Virus record (IMG/VR): IMGVR_UViG_3300034088_000006
Location: 1-32,480 of that record
DNA from: a virus
Lineage: Duplodnaviria > Caudoviricetes
Length of the DNA: 32,480 nt
Direction: 5' to 3' (one strand)
Shown piece by piece: positions 1-8,562 of the stretch. The position numbers were made by a program, and so were the translations under genes. A model generated the notes under the pieces. The model searched no databases. It worked only from the letters and a program-made list of their open reading frames with translations, and was not told where the DNA came from. Within the stretch, counting starts at the first letter, position 1, and each line of letters starts with the position of its first letter.

Positions 1-1086
1 ATCAGTTAATTTAAAAAATTCGCTACTTAGATTTTTAACTCCAGTTGCAAAAACAACAATTGAAGGCGAAAGAGTTAAAAAACTATCCGCCATTGAGCTA
101 ATTTGAGTAGCAATATTGCCAAAAATTCCAGTTCTTTTTTCAAGTTCTCCTATAGTTTCAATTGCTTTATTCTTTAAAATAGTAAAGCTTTGTCCAATTG
201 TGGGCATTGTTTTAGCAAATTTTGCGTCAATGGTATCGGCAGCACTAGCTAGTGCCTTACTCATTACATCAGCAGTAATTTTACCTTGTGGTGCTAAATT
301 AAGTAATTCCCCGCGAGTTACTTTTAATTGTTTTGCAATGGCATCCGCAACGGCAGGCATTAACTCCATTACTGATCTAAATTCGTCACCGTCTAATTTA
401 CCTTTATTAAAAGCCTGCGAAAGCTGTAATAAACCGCTTCCAGCTTCACTTGTAGTAGCTCCGGAAAGTGTTAAAGCTTTGTTGATAGTCTCAGTCATCC
501 TTAAAACTTCTTCTTGACTTTTGCCAAGTGGTTTTAAAGCTAAATCAAAACGAGAAAAAGCGGTAACAGTGTCTTCAATTGGTGCCCTAGTTTTATTAGA
601 AATTTCAAAAAGTCGCGTTGTGACAGCGGCTAATTGATCTTCAGTATCAGTTACAACTTTTAATTTATTCTGTAAAGTTACATAAGCATTGCCTAAATTA
701 ACAACTTCTCTAATTCCGATATAAGCCGCTGCAATTTGCAAGCCGCGAGTGATTAGGGAACCTAGAGAATTGCCCACAGAAGCATTTGACGCCGCTACGG
801 AACGGGCGCTAGCTACTTGGCGCTTCTGTGCTGCCTCAAGCCGAAGATGCGCGATAGCGGCCCTGTCAGAGGCAGCCGATAGCCTAGCCGCGCTTGCCTG
901 CGTCCGATTTTGTGCAGCGGCTAGCCGCTCTGTCGCAATTGCATTTTTGCCAATAATATTTAAGTTCTTTTGTAATTTTTCAATTTGCCTATTTGAAATT
1001 TGAGCAGCCGCGCCAATTGTAATAATTTTTTCTGCAATCGAATTATCAATTTTGTCATCAATTTGAATTACAATTTGCTCTGACAT
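1..1086 (-). CDS. Tape measure protein, N-terminal part (runs off the window edge)
   Basis: Not in the ORF track. Hand translation from ATG at 1086 gives MSEQIVIQIDDKIDNSIAEK..., an Ala-rich helix, then AYVTLQNKLKVVT...LFEISNKTRAPIEDTVTAFSRF, a typical tape-measure N-terminal domain. It lies downstream of the tail chaperones. Confidence 0.93.
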   Translation of the reverse strand, partial: MSEQIVIQIDDKIDNSIAEKIITIGAAAQISNRQIEKLQKNLNIIGKNAIATERLAAAQNRTQASAARLSAASDRAAIAHLRLEAAQKRQVASARSVAASNASVGNSLGSLITRGLQIAAAYIGIREVVNLGNAYVTLQNKLKVVTDTEDQLAAVTTRLFEISNKTRAPIEDTVTAFSRFDLALKPLGKSQEEVLRMTETINKALTLSGATTSEAGSGLLQLSQAFNKGKLDGDEFRSVMELMPAVADAIAKQLKVTRGELLNLAPQGKITADVMSKALASAADTIDAKFAKTMPTIGQSFTILKNKAIETIGELEKRTGIFGNIATQISSMADSFLTLSPSIVVFATGVKNLSSEFFKLTD

Positions 1087-1088
1087 TT

Positions 1089-1526
1089 TTACCCCAATTT
1101 TACTTTAAATTCTTTAATATGACGTTTACCTAGTAAAATTGAACGTTCTACAAATCCGGCAGGTTCCTGCTTTGAACTTCCATCATTTAACTGTTGAATG
1201 TAATCCAAACTATTAACAATAAAAATCGGTTCTCCAGGTTTTTTATTTTGTAAAATTCCTAAAGCTTCTTTATTTGCAAAACGCATACTTGCTAATTTTG
1301 TTGAGCCTCGTTTACCCATGTAATAAGGTTCATGTGGATTTGTTTCATACGAACCAATAAAAACATCCCAATTTGATAAAGCAGTTGAAGTATCAACGGG
1401 ATTAACCAAAGTCAAATTATGATGAATAATTAACGCTGTTTCGATAGCACAGCGGCTAGCCTCAAGGTTAAGGCTAGCCGCTAGTTTGTCCATCCTCAAG
1501 GCTAAATCAAGTAATGTTTTTGCCAT
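1089..1526 (-). CDS. HK97 gp10-like tail completion/neck protein
   Basis: Motifs NPVDTSTALSNW and IFIVNSLDYIQQLNDGSSKQEPAGFVE; located in the tail module. Confidence 0.8.
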   Translation of the reverse strand: MAKTLLDLALRMDKLAASLNLEASRCAIETALIIHHNLTLVNPVDTSTALSNWDVFIGSYETNPHEPYYMGKRGSTKLASMRFANKEALGILQNKKPGEPIFIVNSLDYIQQLNDGSSKQEPAGFVERSILLGKRHIKEFKVKLG

Positions 1527-1536
1527 GATTTAGCCT

Positions 1537-1848
1537 TCATTTTCTATTTGACCATTTGGTATAAGTTTCGTCCAATACTCTTAAAAAATAAATTAAATTT
1601 TCCGTTTGTATTTCATCAAACTTGTAATGACTTGCATATTTAACTTTTACTGTCCAAGGAATTCTTCCCTGTTCCGTTCTGTCAAATTGCAATTCTAAAA
1701 ACGCATCATAATAAATACTTAAACGCGCTTTCAATAAAGGTTTATTTTTTATTCTGTCTGGAATGGGCTGGCCCATTCGTTTAGCTTGCTTTTTTAGGTT
1801 TTCTTCTTTGCCTGACATTTCCAGGTCATAGAGGAAAACCTCTATCAG
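1537..1848 (-). CDS. Tail assembly chaperone, frameshifted extension (gpGT-like)
   Basis: The -1 frame is open from the slippery site A AAA AAC (1854-1848): KLIEVFLYDLEMSGKEE..., continuing into the 93-aa track ORF. Confidence 0.8.
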   Translation of the reverse strand: MIEVFLYDLEMSGKEENLKKQAKRMGQPIPDRIKNKPLLKARLSIYYDAFLELQFDRTEQGRIPWTVKVKYASHYKFDEIQTENLIYFLRVLDETYTKWSNRK

Positions 1849-2264
1849 TTTTTTTCATCGGCCTTTAAATTAGCTTCTAAAAAATTCTGCATATCTTTAG
1901 ATTTAGCGTCCAACGTTTCATAAAGTTCCGGCAAATCGTGAAACAGTTTAATGGCGTTATCACGATTATAAACAATATTTTTACCGTGTTCATCCTGCAC
2001 ATTTTCCCAACCCTGCAAAATGGCAGACACGAAAACATCAATATTTAAATCGTTTGCGTCTTCTTCAGATAATACCTTTTCTTCAATATCTCGCTTAAAA
2101 GGCCGCGCTTTGGCTTCAAATGTCTTAGCCCAATTTTTATTAGAACTGCTAGCACGAGCAATTTTAAAACTAGGAATGGTTCCGTCATCATTTTTCTTAA
2201 ATCGAATGATGATTCCGTTTTCTTCGCTTTCCTTATGAGTTTTAAATTGCTTATAAAGAGACAT
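1845..2264 (-). CDS. Tail assembly chaperone (gpG-like)
   Basis: Follows the major tail gene. Likely start is ATG 2264 (MSLYKQF) after a GGAG SD. Contains GWENV..G..I.Y....A..LF..LPELY and ends at the slippery heptamer. Confidence 0.85.
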   Translation of the reverse strand: MSLYKQFKTHKESEENGIIIRFKKNDDGTIPSFKIARASSSNKNWAKTFEAKARPFKRDIEEKVLSEEDANDLNIDVFVSAILQGWENVQDEHGKNIVYNRDNAIKLFHDLPELYETLDAKSKDMQNFLEANLKADEKN

Positions 2265-2280
2265 TGTTAATTCTCCAAAA

Positions 2281-2308
2281 ATTCGGGCCTCGGAATTGAG
2301 GCCCGAAT
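2281..2308 (-). terminator. Intrinsic terminator/attenuator after the major tail gene
   Basis: Perfect 11-bp inverted repeat ATTCGGGCCTC-N6-GAGGCCCGAAT, followed by TTTT on the minus strand. Confidence 0.75.
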
Positions 2309-2327
2309 GAGGCAAAGCCTAATCATA

Positions 2328-3866
2328 TTATACGGGCATCGCTACCGTAGGCAAGTAGGCAAAGAACACAGAAAGCAAGGTATATTCAGTTGCGTTTTCA
2401 GCGGCATTCATTTCAATAGGTAAAGTAATTGGAGAGTCTTTTTCAATTCCTAAACGTCCGCCACCTAAAGACATTAAAGGAATATCAAATACAAAACCGG
2501 CATTTCGATTTGCAAAAATTGCATTAAACGAAACATCCGAATTATTGCGAACAGCCGCAACAGACCCAACAGTAGAGAAATAAGCGGTCAAAGTTCCGGT
2601 GACAGCAAAATCACCAGCAGAAGCATCAAAAGCGCCTAAAACACCGATTGCTTTATTAGGCGTTACGCCGTTATTAATCGATAATTTCGCGTCAGTTACA
2701 TACGCAAAAAGTGAAGAAGGATTAATAGCGGTAGGATCAACAATTGACATTTTCATACGATAAACGTCAGACGAAGTATTAAAAGCATCTTCATCCGAAA
2801 CGTTAATATAGGTTCCAGCTTTAGGGCCAACTAAACCAGAGCGAGTCTGATAATCCATTGCAACAAAAGACATATCAGCATGTAATTTGTCAGCCTCCGG
2901 AACGTTCAAGGTTAATTCGTTAGGAATTGCGCCTAATAAATATTCGCTCTGAACACCGTCACCATCATTACCTAACTGACGCTGTAACTGATAAGAACGG
3001 CGTTTAATTAAAGTTGAAAGTTCATTCTTGATAACTTTTCCAAAGAAAATACGTAATGTTTTGCCTGTTCCTGCATCACTAACTGCTGCAAAGGTAGTTT
3101 CGTCAAAATCAACATAACCAACAGCGATAGCCTTAACACGCGCATAACCAGGCAAAGCAGTAGCAAATTTATTTCCGGCAGCATCTCCGCCGATGAAAAC
3201 CCATTCGCCAACAATTAAGCCAAGAGTTGTTAAATCTTTTACAGTAGCAGCCAAACGCAGATTGTTAGAAGTAGCGGTTAAAACAGCATCGCCGGAAGCA
3301 AATTCAAATCCGACAATTTCAATTTTCGCAGCGGCAGGCGGAGTAGTTTCGTCGGCCTTGACGGCGGTGCCCACAATGGTTCCGGCAGTCGATGAGGCCA
3401 CCTTGTCCAAACCGTTGTTAGCAGCCACGCCAAAACCACTCGCCAGGATCAAGGAACCGGCCAGGAAGCCACCTAAGCCGGAAGCGGCTGCATACGTCTT
3501 AGTCAAACCTGTGACGCCTGTAAAAGCTACCTGTGTGCCGTTGAAAGGCTGAGTAGTAGCTTTTTCCCGTGCATCGGCAAAAAAGAATCCTTGCATAAGC
3601 CGTTGCATGTTGGTTTGAGTGAAGTCCGTATTATAACCACCGGACGCATCCAGATCAGTCAAAACACCTTTTTTGATCTGCCTGGATGGATTGATAGGCT
3701 TACGAGCTACGTTTACAAACGAACCGCCGAAATCAGAATAAGAATTAGGTTCTGCCGCTCGCCAAACCGCATCGGCCTCAGCGGTGCCAGGAAGAAGCTT
3801 TAAGCTAAGTTCCTCTGCGATAAATAAACCCGTGATGTTTGAATCATGCTTGTTAGGCGCTACCAT
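2328..3866 (-). CDS. Major tail tube protein
   Basis: 512 aa; N-terminus DSNITGLFIAEE...EPNSYSDFGG...R.PINPSRQ.KKG recalls KL1/phage 73-type tail tubes; sits upstream of the chaperones. Confidence 0.88.
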   Translation of the reverse strand: MVAPNKHDSNITGLFIAEELSLKLLPGTAEADAVWRAAEPNSYSDFGGSFVNVARKPINPSRQIKKGVLTDLDASGGYNTDFTQTNMQRLMQGFFFADAREKATTQPFNGTQVAFTGVTGLTKTYAAASGLGGFLAGSLILASGFGVAANNGLDKVASSTAGTIVGTAVKADETTPPAAAKIEIVGFEFASGDAVLTATSNNLRLAATVKDLTTLGLIVGEWVFIGGDAAGNKFATALPGYARVKAIAVGYVDFDETTFAAVSDAGTGKTLRIFFGKVIKNELSTLIKRRSYQLQRQLGNDGDGVQSEYLLGAIPNELTLNVPEADKLHADMSFVAMDYQTRSGLVGPKAGTYINVSDEDAFNTSSDVYRMKMSIVDPTAINPSSLFAYVTDAKLSINNGVTPNKAIGVLGAFDASAGDFAVTGTLTAYFSTVGSVAAVRNNSDVSFNAIFANRNAGFVFDIPLMSLGGGRLGIEKDSPITLPIEMNAAENATEYTLLSVFFAYLPTVAMPV

Positions 3867-3880
3867 TTTTTGCTCCCCTT

Positions 3881-4330
3881 TTAAAGTATTTCGTCAAATT
3901 CAAATTCAGCAGTTACATTCATTCGTAAACAGCCGTTTTCGTAAGGCATTTCTTTAAGTTTTGCATTTCGTAAAATTACATTTAATGTTCTGTTTCTAAA
4001 AATATTTTGTATTGTCATACCTAATCGAATACACATTGCTAAGGCGTCATCTCGTTTAGGTGCCATAATTTGAACAAAAATTAACCCGACAGTTTCAAAA
4101 CGTCTGGAACCGTTTGTAACAACATTTTCCGATAAAGTTCCTTGCCCACTATCCGCGCCTTTAGAAGAAATTCGTAACCAAAATTTTGAAGCGTCAGGCG
4201 GTGTAGTCGTATTGCTTCCAGGCCATTCAATGTAAGGGACATATCCTAAAATTGCAACAGAATTTGCAGAAATACCGGAATTAAAGGCTGAAAAAACTTC
4301 GTTTAAAGCACCTTCGTAAGTTGTAGTCAT
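3881..4330 (-). CDS. Tail terminator-like protein
   Basis: 149 aa directly upstream of the tail tube; RFETVGLIFVQIMAPK and C-terminal NVTAEFEFDE. Confidence 0.75.
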   Translation of the reverse strand: MTTTYEGALNEVFSAFNSGISANSVAILGYVPYIEWPGSNTTTPPDASKFWLRISSKGADSGQGTLSENVVTNGSRRFETVGLIFVQIMAPKRDDALAMCIRLGMTIQNIFRNRTLNVILRNAKLKEMPYENGCLRMNVTAEFEFDEIL

Positions 4331-4719
4331 AAATTAAACTCTAAGGTGTGCATTATAATTTGTCCATTTGGAGAAAGTGTGTCAACAGCTTTTATAATCA
4401 TTTCTTTATTTGATCTTAACACAATACTTTTTAAATTTGGAATAATAGTAGAACTTGCCATATATCCGCGTATTCCGCCGGAAGGCGTTTGAGTTCCTGA
4501 AAGATACTGCAATAATTCTTTACCGAATAAACTTTCGCCTGTTGCGCTAGGCGAAAGAAAAACCATTTTCAAATCAACTGAGGAAGGCGCAACTTGAGTA
4601 ATAATCCAAGGCTTGTTAGGATCTGCGATTGTGTAAGCTGGTGTTTTGACTGTTACCAATTCGCCATATTTATCAATTAGGCGTTTTACTGTTTTAATTT
4701 GTCTATCAAAAGCGCCCAT
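4327..4719 (-). CDS. Head closure/stopper protein
   Basis: RLIDKYGELVTV at the N-terminus and ..PNGQIIMHTL at the C-terminus; lies between adaptor and terminator. Start probably ATG 4719. Confidence 0.7.
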   Translation of the reverse strand: MGAFDRQIKTVKRLIDKYGELVTVKTPAYTIADPNKPWIITQVAPSSVDLKMVFLSPSATGESLFGKELLQYLSGTQTPSGGIRGYMASSTIIPNLKSIVLRSNKEMIIKAVDTLSPNGQIIMHTLEFNL

Positions 4720-4721
4720 CT

Positions 4722-5228
4722 TCAAATCCGCATAGTAGTTAAAGAAAATCCACCTGAAGAAACATTTTTAAAAAGCGGTTCTAGCAAATTGTCAACTGCC
4801 GTAATACTTAAACTGCTCAAGTCTCCAGGATTAACAGCGTATTCTGTTGACAACGGTCCAACTGTTTCTTTCTTAATAGGCGCTTCTGTAATTGTGGGCA
4901 AAATATTAACGCCGTTAAATTGCTCAATTACCAACTGAGCTAAAGCGTTTTTAAGTTCTTTCGGAATAACATTACTAGCAATAGAATAACCGTCAATTAC
5001 TAAATAATTACGAGGAAACTGCAAACATTGTAACTCAGAAACTTTTAAACCTTGAAAACGGTTTCGTTTGCTTTCGATATAATCCATTGCAATTAAAACT
5101 TGGTGCTCAATTACATTATCTGCACCTAAAGTAATTCCTCGCGCCGATGCATACGCTTTGATATACGTTAAATCTGCGTATGCATCGGCATTAGCAACGA
5201 TGGTTCCGTCTTCAACAATCAAGGTCAT
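4722..5228 (-). CDS. Head-tail adaptor (family often labelled DnaT-like)
   Basis: MTLIVEDGT...A.AY, Q.LQFPR, IP.ELKNA..QL and KKETVGPLSTEY motifs. Confidence 0.85.
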   Translation of the reverse strand: MTLIVEDGTIVANADAYADLTYIKAYASARGITLGADNVIEHQVLIAMDYIESKRNRFQGLKVSELQCLQFPRNYLVIDGYSIASNVIPKELKNALAQLVIEQFNGVNILPTITEAPIKKETVGPLSTEYAVNPGDLSSLSITAVDNLLEPLFKNVSSGGFSLTTMRI

Positions 5229-7390
5229 GGTGCCGCCGAAACAGTTTCTAATGTGTAATAATAAACACTTGCCCTAATAACACCTGCTGTAAAAGTTCCT
5301 GTATTTGGAGTGATTGCAATATTAGTTGTTCCACTTGTAATTTCTGTTCCTGCTAACATTGCGTTAGCTTTCGTGTCTTTTGTAAATGCTTGAGCTGAAG
5401 TTAAAGAAGTAGTAGAACCTCCAGAAAATGATGCGCTCCATGATGTTGCGGTTCCTGAAGTAATTAAAGTATCAACTCTAAATTGCACACCTTGAAGTCT
5501 AGCGCCTGTTGGAATATTTAAAGTAATTGTAGTTGAAGCACCTGATAAAGTAGCAGTTGCCTCAATAGCGTTGTGCCCAAATCCTCCATTCATGTTTCCA
5601 GTCCCAATGCTAGAAGCATGAGAATAACCCTTGTTTGTCCCAGCTAAAATTAATGCATTTCCTAAAGCTGTAGAACCGTCTCCCCATTGAATTAAACCAG
5701 GGCTTCCACCAATTCGCATTTTCGGAACAGTAGACGCAGCAGGTTTCATGTCAAGATAATATCCGCCTAATTCAGCTAAAATACCGCTTGTAGTAGGCTT
5801 CATTAGCTCTGCATTACCAACATTATTAACCGATAAAATACTTAAAACAGGTTTCGTAATATCAGCAGAGTTCATCAAAATAACTGAACCATGAACATTC
5901 GCAGAACTTAAAGCTAATCTATTTACACCATACTGAGAGTTCTGAGTTCCCCACGTATTATGTGTTAAAACAAAATCAGCCGCTGCATTTGTATATCCAC
6001 CATAAATACAATTTTTACTCGCAGGTGCGTTATTTGCGTCCATTCCGTTAAACATGATGGTTGGACTTGCACGTTCAAAACGGCAACTATTAAAATCGTG
6101 GTTCATTCCACCTTGAATAACGGCTAAAAATTCCGCAACTTCAGATTCCAAAGAAACATTAACACAGCTATTATGGTTTGGGATAGAACCAAATGGAGCG
6201 CCTTCCATTGCTAATACAACATTGGCTCTACTTGTTTCATTAGCACCTAACGTAACATTAGAAGGAAGCGTAATTACTGTATCAGTCACCGATTCAATTC
6301 TAAACGTTCCATTGCTAGCAGAATTGGCCCAACCTGACATTACTAAATTTCCACCCTTGTAATATCTACTTGTGCCAGTCCCAAAACCGCCAGGGCCGGT
6401 AATAGTTTTAGCAGCCTGATTTAACGTTAAAGTCATTGTATCAGTAAAAGCCGCAGGGGTAGCATATTGTTTTACATAAAAAGAATAAGCCCCAGAAACA
6501 TTAGTTCCAAAATTTGAAGATTGGGAAACCCTACCGCCAAAAGTCGTATTTTCATTAACCCAACTTTGAGCGTTAGTGTCTCCCTGTGTCCAAGTAATGC
6601 CTTTTTTATTATCTAAAAACCATCCAGGGTAAAGATTGTTATATCCACAATAATAACCACCACTTGCAAAACCTTTAAAACCATACGCAAAATTTCTAAT
6701 CATATCAATATATAAATAACACTTAATTCCGCCATTTAATTGAACACCTACACTATTAGGCGTAGCGTCCCAATTTAAATATGACGTTCTAGTGCAACTA
6801 ACTGTGCCCATCCAAAATGTTTTTCTAGTTACAGCTTCCGCGCCTGGAGTTCCAATATTAATAGCAATTCCAGTAAAATCATTTGGGAACAAAAATTGAG
6901 AACCTAAACTAAAATGATTTGCCCTAATAGTAATTGAACGGCTGCAATAATATTTCTTTCCTGGGGTTGTTCTAAAATGGCCTCCAGTCATCGTCAAAGC
7001 TACTTCAGAAGCAACCGCAGCGGCATCAGCGGCTTCAATAGCGTCAGCGTCATCATGCACACCGTCGCCAACAGCACCGTAATATTCGGGAAGATAACCC
7101 CATCCTTTTAAAATATAATCTAAACTAATTGTATTTGTTGAACCAGTTTGAGAAAAATTAATTAAAGTTGGATTTGCAGAACCATTTGCATTTAAAATAG
7201 TGTTAGTTCCACTTGTATCAACATAATGAACATTACCGTCCGAACCAACATAAATCTGACCCCGCGCTACATCCGTAGCAGGCGCGGAAGTTTTCGGCAT
7301 GGCAATTTTTTTAGGATTTACAGATAAAAATTGAGGCCCTTGAGCAAAAATATTTAAAGAAAATAAAATTAAAATTAAATATTTTAACAT
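5225..7390 (-). CDS. Head fibre / tailspike-like beta-helix protein with a signal-peptide-like N-terminus
   Basis: Start ATG 7390 with a GGAG SD. YGAVGDGVHDDADAI is a pectate-lyase-3-like beta-helix entry motif. Gly/Asn/Thr-rich body and a beta-rich C-terminal domain. Confidence 0.75.
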   Translation of the reverse strand: MLKYLILILFSLNIFAQGPQFLSVNPKKIAMPKTSAPATDVARGQIYVGSDGNVHYVDTSGTNTILNANGSANPTLINFSQTGSTNTISLDYILKGWGYLPEYYGAVGDGVHDDADAIEAADAAAVASEVALTMTGGHFRTTPGKKYYCSRSITIRANHFSLGSQFLFPNDFTGIAINIGTPGAEAVTRKTFWMGTVSCTRTSYLNWDATPNSVGVQLNGGIKCYLYIDMIRNFAYGFKGFASGGYYCGYNNLYPGWFLDNKKGITWTQGDTNAQSWVNENTTFGGRVSQSSNFGTNVSGAYSFYVKQYATPAAFTDTMTLTLNQAAKTITGPGGFGTGTSRYYKGGNLVMSGWANSASNGTFRIESVTDTVITLPSNVTLGANETSRANVVLAMEGAPFGSIPNHNSCVNVSLESEVAEFLAVIQGGMNHDFNSCRFERASPTIMFNGMDANNAPASKNCIYGGYTNAAADFVLTHNTWGTQNSQYGVNRLALSSANVHGSVILMNSADITKPVLSILSVNNVGNAELMKPTTSGILAELGGYYLDMKPAASTVPKMRIGGSPGLIQWGDGSTALGNALILAGTNKGYSHASSIGTGNMNGGFGHNAIEATATLSGASTTITLNIPTGARLQGVQFRVDTLITSGTATSWSASFSGGSTTSLTSAQAFTKDTKANAMLAGTEITSGTTNIAITPNTGTFTAGVIRASVYYYTLETVSAAP

Positions 7391-7392
7391 TA

Positions 7393-7662
7393 CTAACTCC
7401 AAACAAAAATTGTAGCATTGCTAGAATTGTCGTTTAAAATTCTTGCATAACATTTTTCAGTTGAATCATTAGATTGAATTGTAAAAAAATCTTTTGGTTT
7501 AACAATAACGCCACTTTTTACAGTTGAAGCTGGCAAAGTGCTACCAGTTCTTACAACAATTTCAACTGAAGATAAATTTTGAACTAAAGTTGCAACAGAA
7601 GCGGCAGCAACTTCAACCCAAGTGCCAGGGGTTAAAATAAATTCAGAACTAGTAGTTGCCAT
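7393..7662 (-). CDS. Small beta-rich virion protein (possible head-fibre base)
   Basis: 89 aa with a strong GGAGG SD, tightly coupled to the fibre gene. Function inferred from position only. Confidence 0.55.
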   Translation of the reverse strand: MATTSSEFILTPGTWVEVAAASVATLVQNLSSVEIVVRTGSTLPASTVKSGVIVKPKDFFTIQSNDSTEKCYARILNDNSSNATIFVWS

Positions 7663-7674
7663 TTCAACCTCCTG

Positions 7675-8190
7675 TTAACTTACTGTAACCACGCAAGTCG
7701 CGGTAATGGTTTTTCCAGTTGCATAAGTTAAAGTTGCGGTAATAGTAGAAGTTCCGGCAGCAACACCAGTAATTAAGCCGCTAGTTGCATGAACAGTTGC
7801 TTTAGTTTCATCGGAACTAACATAGCCGATATTTGCAGTAACTAAGGCAGAAGCTAAATTAGCAATATCAGTTCCACTAATCTTAACAGGATAAAGCTGT
7901 TTAGTAGCAGTGCCCACAATTGCAGCAGTTTTAGGCCAAACGTCAAAAACAAGCGGCCTAAGGGCATCAATAAATCCATATGCAGGCCGCGCATTAAAAG
8001 CTGTGGGCACGGTTCCGGCCACAAAATCAGTGGCTTCAATTCCTGCACCGAAAGAACCGCTTTCAGCACCGTTACGAACACCAATCGAATAACCGGGCAA
8101 AATTAAAGTATTCAAAACATCAATGTCCGCTAGCTCTCCGGCAGTTGGAACAGGGCCAGCGGTAAAATAAAGAATTTTCTTAGTTGCCAT
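7675..8190 (-). CDS. Capsid decoration protein with a C-terminal Ig-like (Big_2) domain
   Basis: YVSSDETKATVHATSGLITGVAAGTSTITAT...TATCVVTVS is a Big_2 signature; gene is downstream of the major capsid gene. Confidence 0.85.
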   Translation of the reverse strand: MATKKILYFTAGPVPTAGELADIDVLNTLILPGYSIGVRNGAESGSFGAGIEATDFVAGTVPTAFNARPAYGFIDALRPLVFDVWPKTAAIVGTATKQLYPVKISGTDIANLASALVTANIGYVSSDETKATVHATSGLITGVAAGTSTITATLTYATGKTITATCVVTVS

Positions 8191-8202
8191 AATTCACCTC
8201 AA

Positions 8203-8493
8203 TTAATTAGGTTTCCAAATGCTTCCTGGAATGGATTTTTTAGGATCTTCTTTTTTTTCTTCTTCCTTCTTAGTGTTTTCAACTTTTTCTTGTTTAGCAC
8301 CATAAAAAGGAATTTTGCGATAACTTTTAGGAACTTTTCCGGCCACAAAATCGCAGCTTTCTAAATTATCTGATTCAACAATGAAACGCGCATTTCTAAG
8401 GCATACTTTTCCTTCAATTTTTGAAGCCGCTTCTTTTTCTTTATCTGAAGGAACTGCCTCGGCAATGAAAAATAGTGTCTTAGTTTGTGACAT
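8203..8493 (-). CDS. Head-associated protein, paralogous to the N-terminus of 7675-8190
   Basis: Start ATG 8493 (MSQTK) after AGGTG; shares the DFVAG.VP motif with its neighbour; Lys/Glu-rich tail. Confidence 0.7.
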   Translation of the reverse strand: MSQTKTLFFIAEAVPSDKEKEAASKIEGKVCLRNARFIVESDNLESCDFVAGKVPKSYRKIPFYGAKQEKVENTKKEEEKKEDPKKSIPGSIWKPN

Positions 8494-8505
8494 TTTAGCA
8501 CCTTT

Positions 8506-8548
8506 TAAAAAGGGCGAAAGAAGCAATATGCACCTTTCGCCCTTTTTA
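8506..8548 (-). terminator. Intrinsic terminator after the major capsid gene
   Basis: 15-bp inverted repeat TAAAAAGGGCGAAAG (8506-8520) / CTTTCGCCCTTTTTA (8534-8548) with T-runs. Confidence 0.8.
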
Positions 8549-8562
8549 CAAAATTAACTTAA

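Noticed and set aside
116-1003. Plus-strand ORFs 116-517 and 749-1003
   Set aside because: Antisense shadows of the tape measure gene, which is open on the minus strand.
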